In this document: piece by piece, positions 1 to 13,134 of the stretch
Position numbering within the stretch: the stretch's first letter is position 1
Layout of the letters: every line of letters starts with the position of its first letter
Assembly: GCA_964016885.1 (NCBI GenBank)
Contig: OZ024740.1
Location: 325,686,001-325,750,000, forward strand
From: Eledone cirrhosa
Taxonomy: Eukaryota
Length of the DNA stretch: 64,000 nucleotides
Reading direction: 5' to 3'
Position numbers and translations under genes: made by a program
The notes under the pieces: generated by a model
What the model was told of the DNA's origin: nothing
Databases searched by the model: none
Seen by the model: the letters and a program-made list of their open reading frames with translations, nothing else

Positions 1-445
1 GGAAAGGAGAAGTGGTGCATACTAGAGACTGCTAGTAATTTCATCCTGTGCACATAGGAAGGTGGGTCTTCTGCAGTAATGTATGGAGGGGCAGGAAATG
101 AAGTGGTGTATATTAGAGGCTACAAGATGTTACAACAACCCTTGCTCCTGGGTGGGGGGGGGGGTCTTCTACAGTAGTGCATAATGTCAGAGATCTCGAT
201 CCTGTGACATCAACTTTGTAAGGTGAAATTGTATGAGGTTAGCTTTTATCACCTCATCCCAAACTTTTCTTGGTCTACCTCTTCCATAGCTTCCATCAAC
301 TTTGAGCACCCTGCACATTTTTATACAGCTGTCATCCTTCACATACATTATACGTCCATATCACCACAATCTCCTCTCTTGCACACTACATCTGATCCCT
401 ATTATGCCCAGTTTCTCTTTCAGTTCATTTACGCTTTGATATTCA
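1..445 (-). mobile_element. Degraded RTE LINE 3' fragment (C-terminus and 3' UTR)
   Basis: The reverse complement matches the C-terminal region of the intact RTE copies (e.g. tttatacagctgtcatccttc = ...KDDSCIK). Confidence 0.7.
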
Positions 446-460
446 TATATATTACTATTA

Positions 461-1890
461 CGGGCTCTGTCCTTAGCTCCCTCCTATTTATTATTGCCCT
501 TCAGGCTATAACAGAGGAGTTCAAGACCGGCTGCCCATAGGAACTTCTATATGCAGATGATCTAATGCTCATAGCTGAATCAATGGCTGAACTAGAGAAG
601 AAATTCCAAACATGGAAGCATGGCCTAGAATCAAAAGGCCTTAAAATTAACTTGTCTAAGACTAAAGTTCTAGTATGTAGGAAGGAAAATAGGGCACTGG
701 TCCCCTCTGGGAAATGGCCATGCTCAGTGTGTAGGAAAGGAGTAGGCAGAAACTCCATTTTATGTCCCAAATGCAAAGTATGGGTGCATAAAAGATGTAG
801 TGGGATCACAGGTAAGCTAACTAAGAACATAGATTTTATATGTGGCCGGTGCTCTGGTGCAATACATAGTAGCAAGTGCCCACAGGATACTAGCTCCTTC
901 CATTGCCCAGATGGTTCTATAGAAATTCCGTTACCTGGGTGACAAAATCAGCAGTGGTGGAGGGTGCTCTGAAAGTACAGTAGCCAGAGTCAGAACGGGA
1001 TGGAAAAAGTTCAGAGAGCTTATACCACTATTAGCAGCTAAAGGGTTCTCTCTAAAAATGAAAGGCAGGCTGTATCATGCCTGCATATGGAAAGCAATGT
1101 TACATGGCAGTGAGACCTGGGCATTGTGTGCAGAGGATATACGCAGACTGGAGAGGAACGAAGCTTGCATGCTCCGTTGGATGTGTAATAGTAATATACG
1201 TGAACAGCAAAGCATAAATGAACTAGTGAGAAATTAGGAATAAGAGGGATCAGATGCTGTTTACTCGAGAGAAAACTATGTTGGTATGGTCACATGATGC
1301 GCATGAAAGACGACAGCTGTATAAAAAAGTGAAGGGCGATCAAAATTGATGGAAGTTACGGAGTAAGCAGACCCAGAAAAACCTGGGACGATTTGATAAA
1401 TTCCAACCTTACACACTTGCACCTCTCCAAGACAATGTCACTGGACCGAGATCTTTGGCGCTACTCAGTAATACAGAAGACCCGCCTTGCCTAAATACAA
1501 AGCAAAACCTACAGTGAGTAGGCACCTCTTAACCAAAAATACACCCCCATCCCACTACCCCTATCCCCATCCCCATCTACACCACCCCTTTCTCTGTAAA
1601 GTTATGTTGGTACCATAACATCCAGTCCTAAATAAATGAGGTCGTGTAGGTGTCACGACAAAAAAAAACACACAGTCCAGGCTGTAATGTGGTTGTGTAG
1701 GTAACATCGTATAAACCTCCCAGTCCACACTGTAAACGTGGTTGGTGTTAGGAAGGGCATCCAGCCATAGAAAACCCGTCCGACAGTCCTATACAAGCAA
1801 GACAACCAATCTTGCCTCTAGTGGGACAATTCCCGCCTAAACCCATGCTAACATAAAAGATAGATGCTAAATGATGATGATGATGATGAT
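461..1890 (+). mobile_element. 5'-truncated young RTE-clade LINE (RT C-half, PHD-type finger, 3' UTR, (GAT)n tail); inactivated
   Basis: GSVLSSLLF and LLYADD RT motifs; CSVC..CPKC..HKRC..CGRC finger; in-frame stop at 538-540 and frameshifts; tail gatgatgat at 1871-1890; close match to copies at 16758 and 25771. Confidence 0.9.
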
Positions 1891-2910
1891 TGGAACATAC
1901 AAACTTTATTTATTTCCAATCTATGTAGGACCTTTGCACTCAGTGCCCAGGTCTCACTACCATGCAGCATTGCTTTTTGTATACAAACCCAATACAATCT
2001 GCCCTTCATTTTGAGAGAAAACCTTTTGTAGCTATCAGTAGTAGTAGCTCCCTCAACGTTTTCCATCCCATTTTTACTCTGACTACTGTACTTTCAGAAC
2101 ACCCACTTTCACTGCTAATTTGGTGACCCAGTTAACAGAAACTGTCAACTGCTTCTATGGAACCCTCTAAAAATAGCAACAAGAGCTTGTTTCCTGCAAG
2201 CTCTTGTTGCTTACTGCTCCTGTGCATTGACCACATATAAAACCTATGTTCCTTGCTAGCCTTTCTGAGATCTCGCTACATCTTTTATGTACCAATAGTT
2301 TGGGACAGAGAGTGGAATTTCTACCCATGCCTTTCCTACATACTGAGCAGGGACATTTCGCAAAAGGGATCAGGGCTTTGTTTTTCTTTCTACTTACTAG
2401 AACTTTTTCTTTGCCAAGTTGACTTTAAGACCTTTTGATTCCAAGCTATGCTTCCCAGTCAGGAACTTTTTCTCTAGTTTCATAGATTTAGCTATGAGAA
2501 TTAGGTCATCACCATATAGGAGTTCCCAAGAACATCATGTTTTAAACTCTTCTGTTATAACCTGGAGGATGATAATAAATAGGAGGAGGCTAAGGATGGA
2601 CCCTGGGGGACCCCAACTATCATGCTAAACTCCTCACTATAGTCATTATTAAGTTTAACCTTGCTGACTGCACCTCTGTACATGGCTTGTACTGTCCTCA
2701 CAAGCCACTTGTCCACTTCTTGACCAAATTACAAAACCAAAAGCTCTCTCTAGGTCAACAAATACCAATTAGAGGGATTTGCTTTTTGCAAGGTACTTCT
2801 GCGGTTGCCTCAGAAAGAAGAGGGCATTCATGGTACTTTTACCTGGCTCAAATCTGAACTGCATCTTATCTAGGATAATTCAATCCTTAATCAGTTGTTC
2901 AATGACTCTT
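1891..2910 (-). mobile_element. Older degraded RTE LINE fragment
   Basis: Translations KGRLYWVCIQKAMLHGSETW and ELLYGDDL on the minus strand; many indels. Confidence 0.8.
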
Positions 2911-3143
2911 TCTGCTTCCTTCGTTTTGCCATTCTTCCCATGCCTGTTTCTTAGCCTTAATTGTTTCATCCACCCTACTTTTACACCATGTCACTCTCCT
3001 ACTCCCTGGTCCTCTACTCCAGCCAGATACCCTATTTGTGGCCTGTGGCCTTCAGTAGATTATCTTTCAGGAACTACCACTGCTCCTCTATATTGTTATA
3101 TTGTATATATATATATATGTGTGTGTGAATACATATATATATG

Positions 3144-3752
3144 TGTAATACAAATGAATATATGAGGGATGAACATCTATACAATTATAGAAGTGTTCGG
3201 ATTGCAAATGACCAAGTTAGCTAGGTTGAAAGAATACTAATTTAACATAATATGGTTTGTAAGTCTCGATTTAAAATAATAAATCAATAAAAATAACAAA
3301 CCTATATTGGCAATGGCCATGATACCTGGACAAATTTTAAATCTGTTTGACAAATTTCAAATTTGTAAGTATTTTGAAGTGGAAGGTACCAATTTCTGGA
3401 TACCTGCAGAAGAGCACAGGAATAGTAACTTTCACTTAATTGATGCGAAACAAATTTGAAATTTGTCAAACAGATTTAAAATTTGTCCAGCTATCACGGC
3501 CATTGCCAATATAGGTTTGTTATTTTTATTGATTTATTATTTTAAATCGAGACTTGCAAACCATATTATGTTAAATTAGTATTCTTTCAACCTAGCTAAC
3601 TTGGTCATTTGCAATCCGATCCGAACACTTCTATAATTGTATAGAAGTTCATCCCTCATATATTCATTTGTATTACAACGGCTCAGAAATATTCCCTTCT
3701 TTGAGCTATTTAATTGTAAAAGACTATTTCAAGTTTATAACTCAATATTTGA
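3144..3752. mobile_element. Penelope-like (pLTR-type) foldback element: ~223-bp inverted arms around a hammerhead ribozyme core
   Basis: 3144-3366 is the near-perfect reverse complement of 3450-3677; flanked by TA/TG microsatellite on both sides; hammerhead fold at 3399-3495. Confidence 0.65.
3399..3495 (+). ncRNA. Type I hammerhead ribozyme fold, core degenerate (CAGAAGA for CUGANGA)
   Basis: Stem I GATACCTG (3399-3406)/CAGCTATC (3488-3495; the left-arm copy gives the perfect CAGGTATC); core 3407-3413; stem II closing GCA/TGC; GAAA 3447-3450; ~17-bp stem III with a CAA loop; GUC cleavage triplet 3485-3487. Confidence 0.6.
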
Positions 3753-3789
3753 TATATATATGTGTATATATTTGTATAGTTTCAAAAAA

Positions 3790-5170
3790 GGCCCACATGG
3801 CTAAGTCACATTGAATTCTTCACTAAACTCATTTTCTAGTCACACTTTACTGACAGTTCACCTGTATATGGCTTGCACTTCTCTCACAAGCCTTTCTTTT
3901 ACACCTAGTTTATTTAAAGACCACCAAGTAACAGATTGTGGCACTCTATCAAAGGTCTTCTCCAAACCAATGAAAGCTAGATATATTAGTTTACACTTAA
4001 CTAGAAACTTCTCTCACTAAGAAGCTATCTTTGGTGTTCCTCACTGACACAAAACCGAACTGCATATCATCTAATTAAATTTATTCCCTAATTTAGTGTG
4101 TTAAAACAGTCACTTTCATAACTTGGTCCATCAGTTTATACCCCTGTAGTTGCTTTGTAGCGCATCGCCTTTTCTCTTGTAGCAATTAATGATTATACTA
4201 AGTCAGTCCTTGGGTATGACTAATTCAATTCTTACTTCCCCAGATTTCAGTATCTCAACAACTATCCCTTTCCAACCAGCAGTTTTACCATTTTAAATTT
4301 CCTCAATTTCTACTTTGACCCTATAACTGTCAATTTCAATAGCTAGTCCCTTTTTTGTATCAGTTGGGGGTAATTTCTTTTCATTCCACTCCTTTTCCAC
4401 ATTTATCAACCTCTTATAACATTTCTAGGGATCTTTCTTTATGCCTAAGTGTACCAATGCCATTTCAAACACACTTTTCCTCAACATCTTGGTTTTCAGA
4501 CACACTATTTTGCAGTGCAAAATAGTTCATGTCACAAAACATTAGCAAAATTCTTGATATGTATACCTCTTCTCTTTTAGCTACTTGGAACTGGTTTTGC
4601 TGCTCCCATTTTTCCAGTCCTTCCACGTCATGTCTCTTTTAACAACTCTATCCATAGTAGTGTTCCACCACCAGGTAACCTTCTGCCTGGCTGGTGCTTT
4701 GCTTCAGTCACAAGTCTCGTCAGTACCCTGCAGTAGATTGTCTTGTAGAAACCTCCAATTGTTTTCTGTCATACATATTTAACTCTTTCTGCTTCTTGTC
4801 ATATGCATCAGAGCTTTTCTGAACCTATATTTAATAAAGAGTTCCTTTAATGTCCATACACTCCTCTATATTTTCCTGAGATGCATTCTTCTAGAGATAA
4901 TTTAACATTCATAACCATCTGTCTACCTTGTTTTATAACAAATAAAAAAAAAAATCTATCTGGCTTGTATGTTCACTTGATTAGTAGGTGATTGGTCAGT
5001 TTCCCGAAGTAGTGCTGCATCACAAAATTCTAGGAGCATCACTCTCTCTTCATTTCTCGTGCCATAACCATATCCACAGTGTATTCAAGTTTAGCTATCC
5101 TAGTGCTGCTCAACATTGAAGTCACGAGCTAGCATGATAAGATCTTTACCCTCTATAACTGAAGTTGTCT
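3790..5170 (-). mobile_element. Old RTE LINE fragment (APE C-terminus to RT N-half)
   Basis: Minus strand gives xDFN (APE), QFGFVS, and FDRVP..TWWSL motifs with many stops. Confidence 0.75.
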
Positions 5171-5739
5171 TTAAGAATTTTTCATATATATGTTGTTACA
5201 GCTCACACCTGTGAAGATTTTGCTGGCCTCCTGCAAAGTTGTGTCTCATGGGTTTCTTGTTTTAATAGTACATAACTTTGAGGAAGACAGTTTTTCAATA
5301 AATATAAACACTTTTAGAACCTAACTTATTGGTTACTGTGTTGAACTCATAATTATAATGTACTACGTTCAATTTCTGGACCAGGATCTGCTCTGTGTTC
5401 TTAGACAAAATACTTTATTTCAAATTACTCTTTCTGTCAGGAGTTGCAACCAGCAGATAGTATCAGCAATGGAATTACCAATGGAAGCATTGTTTCTCGG
5501 TCAAATCTGCTTCTTTCCTTTCTATTTTTTTATAAGAATGGTTTATATGTAAAATTATGATGGACAATATTTAGATAAAATTAAAGATACTACAAATGAT
5601 TTTCAAATAATTTTGAAAATAAATTTGCAGGAATTTAGTAATATAAACAAACTTTCTCATTATCAAGATGATGTCTGGATCATAACATATGTTCTTACAT
5701 AACACTACGATGGAAGGTTTTTAGATAAATATAAACACT

Positions 5740-5960
5740 TTAACCCTTTCTTTACTATATTTCAAATAAAAGACATTGCCAATAATTTTCAAATAATCAA
5801 GAATTTTCTGACATTTAGTAATTTAACTAAGATAATGTTTGGAACATGTTACATAAAATTATGGTGGAAAGGTTTTAGATAACTATAAAAACTTAAAAAC
5901 GCAGATTTCTGTCACAGAACCAGGGGAGGTTTCAGACAAGTTGGCAAAAGGGTCAACCCT
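5740..5960. mobile_element. TTAA-flanked piggyBac-like MITE family (~220-240 bp; many copies in window)
   Basis: ttaaccctt...aaagggt(c)aa ends; same body at ~5955-7215 (interrupted), ~17960-18140, 25268-25508, ~40260-40470 and ~58919-59480. Confidence 0.55.
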
Positions 5961-5987
5961 TTTGTTACTGCATTTCTAATGAAAGAC

Positions 5988-6999
5988 TCTTCTTCACCCA
6001 TTTATTCCTGAGAGTTATGGGAGCAGAGTCCTCAAATACTCCCCCCAGCGGGTCCGGTCAGAAGCAACCATCTCAAACTGATCCAGCTGGATCCCCAAGC
6101 AGGAACAGTCAAGTTCATGGATGTTATCCAAGCATCTTGCTTGGGGTCGACTCCTGAGTCTCTTGCTGGTTGGTTTTGCCCGTAAAATCTGTGCAGTGAT
6201 TCTTTCCCCGAGACATTCTAACCACATGCCCATAGTATCGGAGCTGTAATCTCTCAATTCAGAGAAGTAGTAGCTCTACCTGGAGTCACTAATCTCCGAA
6301 ATGTGCACTTTATTGAGTAACGTTACTCCAAAGACCCTTTGGAGGAACGCCATTTCGGCCACTTCCATTTGCAACCGTACTTTTTTGGTCATTACCCAAG
6401 ATTCATGACCATAGGGTCGGCATGAATATCGAATTGAAGAAAGCGAGTTTGGCTTTGACGCCTACCTCCCTTCTGATTACTGAAGCTGGCATATTACTGT
6501 ACCAGCTCCTGTAATTCTTGCACTTAATTCAGCCTTATGCTGTCCATCACTCATGAACACAACCCCATTAAGCATCCAAAGATAAGACATGGGAGGACTT
6601 TGGGGTTAAGCTGGAATCTGACTTCAGACCATCCTCCAACTTCGTAATAAGTACCCCTCTCTTCAGAAAGGTGCATCCTCACGAGGTGGCGGGAATACTT
6701 TGTTGATCTCCTAAACCCGATCATAACTGCATCTTTGGATGTACACGAGATGCATCTGGGAGCGGTGACTAATCTCTCAGAGACTAAGGTCACAAGAGTA
6801 GTTAAAGAGCTCAAATGTGGCAAAGCCGCTGAGGAAGATGAAATCTGGCCCGTGATGTTAAAAGCCTTAACAGAGAAGGTATTCTCTGGCTGACTCGTGT
6901 GTGCCGGGTGGCCTGATTCTCTAGAAAGGCACCTAAGCAATGGAAATCAGGAGTGATAATCCCAATTTTCAAAAAAGGGAAACAAGAGATTGTGTAAAT
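5988..6999 (-). mobile_element. RTE (Expander/Rex3-like) insertion with 5' inversion and 11-bp TSD
   Basis: Minus-strand C-terminus (DRTRWGEYLRTLLP*) at ~5995-6570; plus-strand RT N-terminal part (EIWPVMLKAL..WKSGVIIPIFKKG) at ~6570-6999; TAATGAAAGAC repeated at 5977-5987 and 7000-7010. Confidence 0.75.
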
Positions 7000-7614
7000 T
7001 AATGAAAGACCCTACATATGATTTTCAAATAATTTTGACATTAATTAACTTACAGGAATTTAATAATATAACTTTCTCATTATTAAGTTGGTGTTTAGAA
7101 GATAGCATAATAAAGGATCTTACGTAAAATTATAATGGAAGGTCTTTTTAAATAAATACTTTACAACAAACAAACATGCATGTATCATAGAACCAGAGAA
7201 GATATCAGGTGGTTAACACATCAATAGATTATTTCTAAAGACAGTATAATAAAGAGTTAGTTAGGCTTTTATTGAAATTATAGTACAGTAAAATATTTGG
7301 AAATAGCTTAGATTAAAAGAGGGAGGGCAGAGAGGGGGGAGGGAAGGGGGAGAGAGGATGATGCGAGTAGTTAACTACCATGTTATTGATTTGTCCCCCA
7401 TCTGATGGTCACCATGGCAACCTGAAGTCTGTGTGTGTGTGTGTGTGCGTGCGTGCGTGTGTGCATAACGTCGTCCTTTCCATGCTGACATAGCTTGGAC
7501 GGGATTCTTTAAGGCAATGTTTTACAGCCAGCTGCCCTTTGTGACATTAACCCTTTTTACAATACACAGTGATATGGTGTACCTAGTCTAAACTGGATAC
7601 AGTTAGGATACCAA

Positions 7615-7617
7615 TAC

Positions 7618-7649
<32 letters not shown>

Positions 7650-8585
7650 GTATATATATATACACATATAAATATATACACACACATAAATATATATATA
7701 CACATATAAATATATATATATACACACAAATATATATACACACAAATATGCACATGTATATATGCACATGTATATATACACATATATATATATACACATA
7801 TATACATATACACACGTATATATATATATACACGTATATATATATATATATACACATGTATATATATATATACACATGTATATATATATATATATACACA
7901 CATGCATATATACACATATACATACACACACACATATATATATATATACACACATGTATATTTACACATATATATATATATACACACATGTATATTTACA
8001 CATATATATATATACACACATGTATATTTACACATATATACATATACACATATATACATATACACACATGTATATTTACACATATATATATATACACATA
8101 TATACATATACACATATATATACACACATATATATATACACACATATACATATACACATATATATATATATATACACATATATACAAACATATATAGAAA
8201 CATATATATATATCTACACATATATACATATATATATACACATATATACATACACATATATATATACACATATATATACATACATATATATATATACACA
8301 TATATATACATACATATATATATATACACATATATATACATACATATTTATATATACACATTTATATATACATATATATACATATTTATATATACACATA
8401 TATACATACATATATATATACATATTTATATATACACATATATATACATATATATATACATATTTATATATACACATATATATACATATATATATATACA
8501 TATTTATATATACACATATATATACATACATATATATATATACATATACATATATATATATATACATATATATATATACATATAC

Positions 8586-8616
<31 letters not shown>

Positions 8617-9267
8617 CATATATATATATACATATACATATATATATATATACATATATATACATATATATATATATACATATATATATATACATATATA
8701 TATATACATATATACACACATATATATATATACATATATACACATATATATATATATACACATATATATATATATATATACACATATATATACACATATA
8801 TATATATATACACATATATATACACATATATATATACATATATACACACATATATATATATACATATATATTTCATATATACACATACACACATATATAT
8901 ATATATATATACACACAAATATATCTACATATATACACAAATATATATACATATATACACAAATATATATACATATATACACAAATATATATACATATAT
9001 ACACATATATATATACATATATACACAAATATATATACATATATACACATATATATATATACATATATACACATATATATATACATATATACACATATAT
9101 ATATACATATATACACATATATATATACATATATACACATATATATATACATATATACACATATATATATACATATATACACATATATATATACATATAT
9201 ACACATATATATACACATATATACACATATATATATATACATATATACACATCACATATATACACAT

Positions 9268-9304
<37 letters not shown>

Positions 9305-9499
9305 CACTCACATATATATACACATACACATACATATATACACATATATATATATATACACATATATATATATATACACATATATATATATATACACATA
9401 TATATATACATATATACACACATATATATATATACATATATATTTCATATATACACATATATATATATATATATACATATATATTTCATATATACACAT

Positions 9500-9542
<43 letters not shown>

Positions 9543-9672
9543 AATATATCTACATATATACACATAAATACATATACATATATACACAAATATATATACA
9601 TATATACACATATATATATATACATATATACACACATATATATACATATATACACATATATATACATATATA

Positions 9673-9706
<34 letters not shown>

Positions 9707-9707
9707 T

Positions 9708-9744
<37 letters not shown>

Positions 9745-9888
9745 TACACATATATATATATACATATATACACATCACATATATACACATACACATATAT
9801 ATATATATATATATACATATATACAAACACACATATATATATATATATACAAACACATATATATATATATATACACATATATACAAAC

Positions 9889-9921
<33 letters not shown>

Positions 9922-9937
9922 CACACATATACAAACA

Positions 9938-9971
<34 letters not shown>

Positions 9972-10783
9972 CACACATATACAAACATATATATATATAT
10001 ATACACATACATACAAACATATATATATATATACACATACATACAAACATATATATATATATACACATACATACACACATATATATATATATACACATAC
10101 ATACACACATATATATATATACACATATATATATATATATACATATATACACACATATATACACATACACACATATATATATATACACATACACACATAT
10201 ATATATATACACATACACACATATATATATATATATACACATACACACATATATATATATACACATACACACATATATATATATACACATACACACATAT
10301 ATATATACATATATATATACATATATACACATACGCATATATATATACACATACACACATACATATATACACATATATATATATACATATATATATACAT
10401 ATATACACACATATATATATACATATATACACACATATATATATACATATATACACACATATATACACATACACATATATACATATATACATATATACAC
10501 ACATATATATATACATATATACACACATATATACACATACACATATATATATATATATGTAGATATATGTGTATATATACATATATATCACATATCTACA
10601 CATATATATATATAAATACATACATATACATATATACATATACATATACACACACACACATATATACATATATACACATATACATATATACATACATATA
10701 CATATATTTATATATATATATATATATACACATAGATATATATACACACATACATATATAAACAAACATATATACATATATAT
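7615..10783. repeat. ~3.2-kb compound (TA)n/(CA)n/(TACA)n microsatellite with higher-order internal duplication
   Basis: Almost only T/A/C on the plus strand; landmark motifs tttcatatat, aaatatatctac and catcacat recur at ~8870-9255 and ~9484-9780. Confidence 0.97.
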
Positions 10784-10784
10784 A

Positions 10785-11192
10785 GGGCAGGTAAAATTCC
10801 CAAGATCCAAAGACGAGTGCTCTCCAGCGGTCTCTGTCCCTCATCATTGCTGCCATGTCCTGCGTCTCCAAGAGGTGTCTGTCCTTAGGGCATCAACATA
10901 TGTCAACGTCGGTCTCCTTCTTCTAGTGAGACTGTGTAGGGGCTCCCACAAGAACACAGTGAGGTGTCAACTCTGAATGTCAGTGAGCATGTCCAGCTAA
11001 CTTCAGTCTCCTCTGTGTTACTTTCAAACTGACTTTTGGGAGGCTCCCATACAGCTCTGAGTCCTTCATCTTCAGTGTATACTGATTAGTAAACTGGTCA
11101 GTGTCCAAGTCTCAGACCTGTACTGTAGCACAGACTTCATTGTAGCAATGAAGAGACGGATCGTCAGGTCTTTACGAAAGTCCGACTTCCAA
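10785..11192 (-). mobile_element. RTE-like LINE 3' fragment between microsatellites
   Basis: VWKSDFRKDLTIRLFIAT..SVLQYRSETWTLT and DRDRWRALV on the minus strand. Confidence 0.7.
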
Positions 11193-11455
11193 ACATATAA
11201 ATATATATATACATACATACATACATACACATGTATACACACACATATATATATATACACACACACATATATACATACATATATATACATACATACATAT
11301 ATATACGTACATACACATATATATATATATAAATATACATATATATAAACACACACACATATATACGTACATATACACACATACATATATATAAATATAC
11401 ATATATATAAACACACACACATATATACGTACATATACACACATACATATATGTG
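11193..11455. repeat. TA/CA microsatellite with a ~62-bp tandem duplication
   Basis: aaatatacatatatataaacacacacacatatatacgtacatatacacacatacatat is repeated twice. Confidence 0.9.
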
Positions 11456-11906
11456 TAAGGAGGTAGTACTGGTGCCACAATAAAATGCTCCTAATCCACA
11501 GAGTAGTAAATTAGCTGGTTTTCAGTAGGGCATCCAGCCATAGAAGCATGGCCTCACAACATAATTTCTGTAACCCATCCATTGGAAATAGACATTAAAC
11601 AGCAATGATGATATACACACACACACATGAATTGTTGAGGGTAAAACATCCATCGTAATGCAGAAATGGTTGGAATTAGCAATATTTCCTAACAAAACCG
11701 TAGACAGTGACATAACTCAATAATGAAAAATATGTAAAAATGTATAATTAAATATTTTTTCTAATCACACCTTGTATGTTTTTCCTAACACATTAACTAA
11801 TATATATATATATATATATATATTCATATATATATATAAATCAAGATGGATTCAGTAAGAAACTAGTTAGACCATTACTCAGCAAATTACTCGATACTTG
11901 TATGGC

Positions 11907-12027
11907 TATATGAACGAGTCAGAACCCCGATGGCTGAGCTCTTGCCATTTCATTAGCTGGTTCCAGACTGGAACTAGCTGTTGAAATAGCAAAAGCTCAG
12001 TAGTCGGAGTCCTGACTCTTTCATATA
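11907..12027. repeat. ~60-bp-arm imperfect palindrome next to (TA)n
   Basis: tatatgaacgagtcagaaccccga...ttccag A ctggaa...tcggagtcctgactctttcatata. Confidence 0.85.
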
Positions 12028-12751
12028 TATATATATATATATGTGTGTGTATGTGTGTGTAATGAAGATCTAACACTTTATCATTTTTATTATTATTATA
12101 TGTATGTGTATTTGTGTGTATGTATGATATATAGTGTGTGTGTGTAATATGTAGTGAGTCATAATCATCATTTACCATCCATTTTCCCTGCTGTGTGTAT
12201 ATATGCATGTATGTGTTTGTAATACAATACGTAATGTATTTGTTTCTGTGTGTGTGCATACATACACAATGTCAGAAATGATAAGATAGATAATACATGA
12301 GGTTGCTTTTTCACACTCATGTTGGTATGACAAGGTTGATTGGGGGTAGAGCATAATGGCACATGGCACATTTTTGTGTTGATGTCACACAACACATATA
12401 CCGGTGGCACCATGTCTTGACAGCACACAGCGCAACTTTTATGTTGATGGCACAACACATATCTATTGTGTCAATCTCACATGGCATACCCTTTGGGTTG
12501 ACAGCTCATCGCACATCTCGTTAGGAAGAGAAAGGGGGAGAAATATAAAAAAAGAGAATTAGAGAAAGTAAGGTTGATATTTTCAACGCATCTTCATACA
12601 CACACACGCATACGTGTACACATCTGCCAGGCATCAATCACAGGGAGGAGGAGGTGGATATGGGAGGGAGAGGGGTCCCAAAAAAAGACCACAATGAATA
12701 TATATATATATATATATATATATAACAAAAGTTCAATGAGGTGATGTTATG

Positions 12752-12847
12752 CTATGAAGAATTTAACTTCTTCGCTTGAAATAACTTGATGGTTGCCAGT
12801 CGTTCAATATCATCTAAACTCAGACTATTCAGTCGGTTTTCAAAATC
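12752..12847 (-). CDS. UBL4A: UBL4A exon 4 (C-terminal BAG6-binding region: DFENRLNSLSLDDIERLATIKLFQAKKLNSS*)
   Basis: ttttccag acceptor, phase 0, 96 nt to TAG; SLxLDDIERLA is the conserved UBL4A/Get5 C-terminal motif. Confidence 0.92.
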   Translation of the reverse strand, partial: DFENRLNSLSLDDIERLATIKLFQAKKLNSS

Positions 12848-13134
12848 CTGGAAAATGAAAATTAAATATTCTATATTAATGGTTTATCAGAGACGGAGAC
12901 AAAACAAACAATAACTCTTGAATATTAACTCTTAACATCAAGTGCCACATGAAACCTCATTATCTGTAAGACAATCTTGAAAATTACAAAACAGCCCTAT
13001 GTCTGCATCACATTAAAAATTAAAATCTTTACTCTAATAATGCAAATTTCCACAATTATCTGTCCAGCAGTAAATATACCATAAACATTTGAATTAAGAG
13101 TTAATGGTTCATCAGAGAGCCAATGATAAAACAA

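Noticed and set aside
7557-10976. Very long ORFs (up to 886 aa) rich in Y/I/H/T or Y/I/V/C/M
   Set aside because: Translations of a TA/CA microsatellite that lacks stop codons; open in many frames on both strands.
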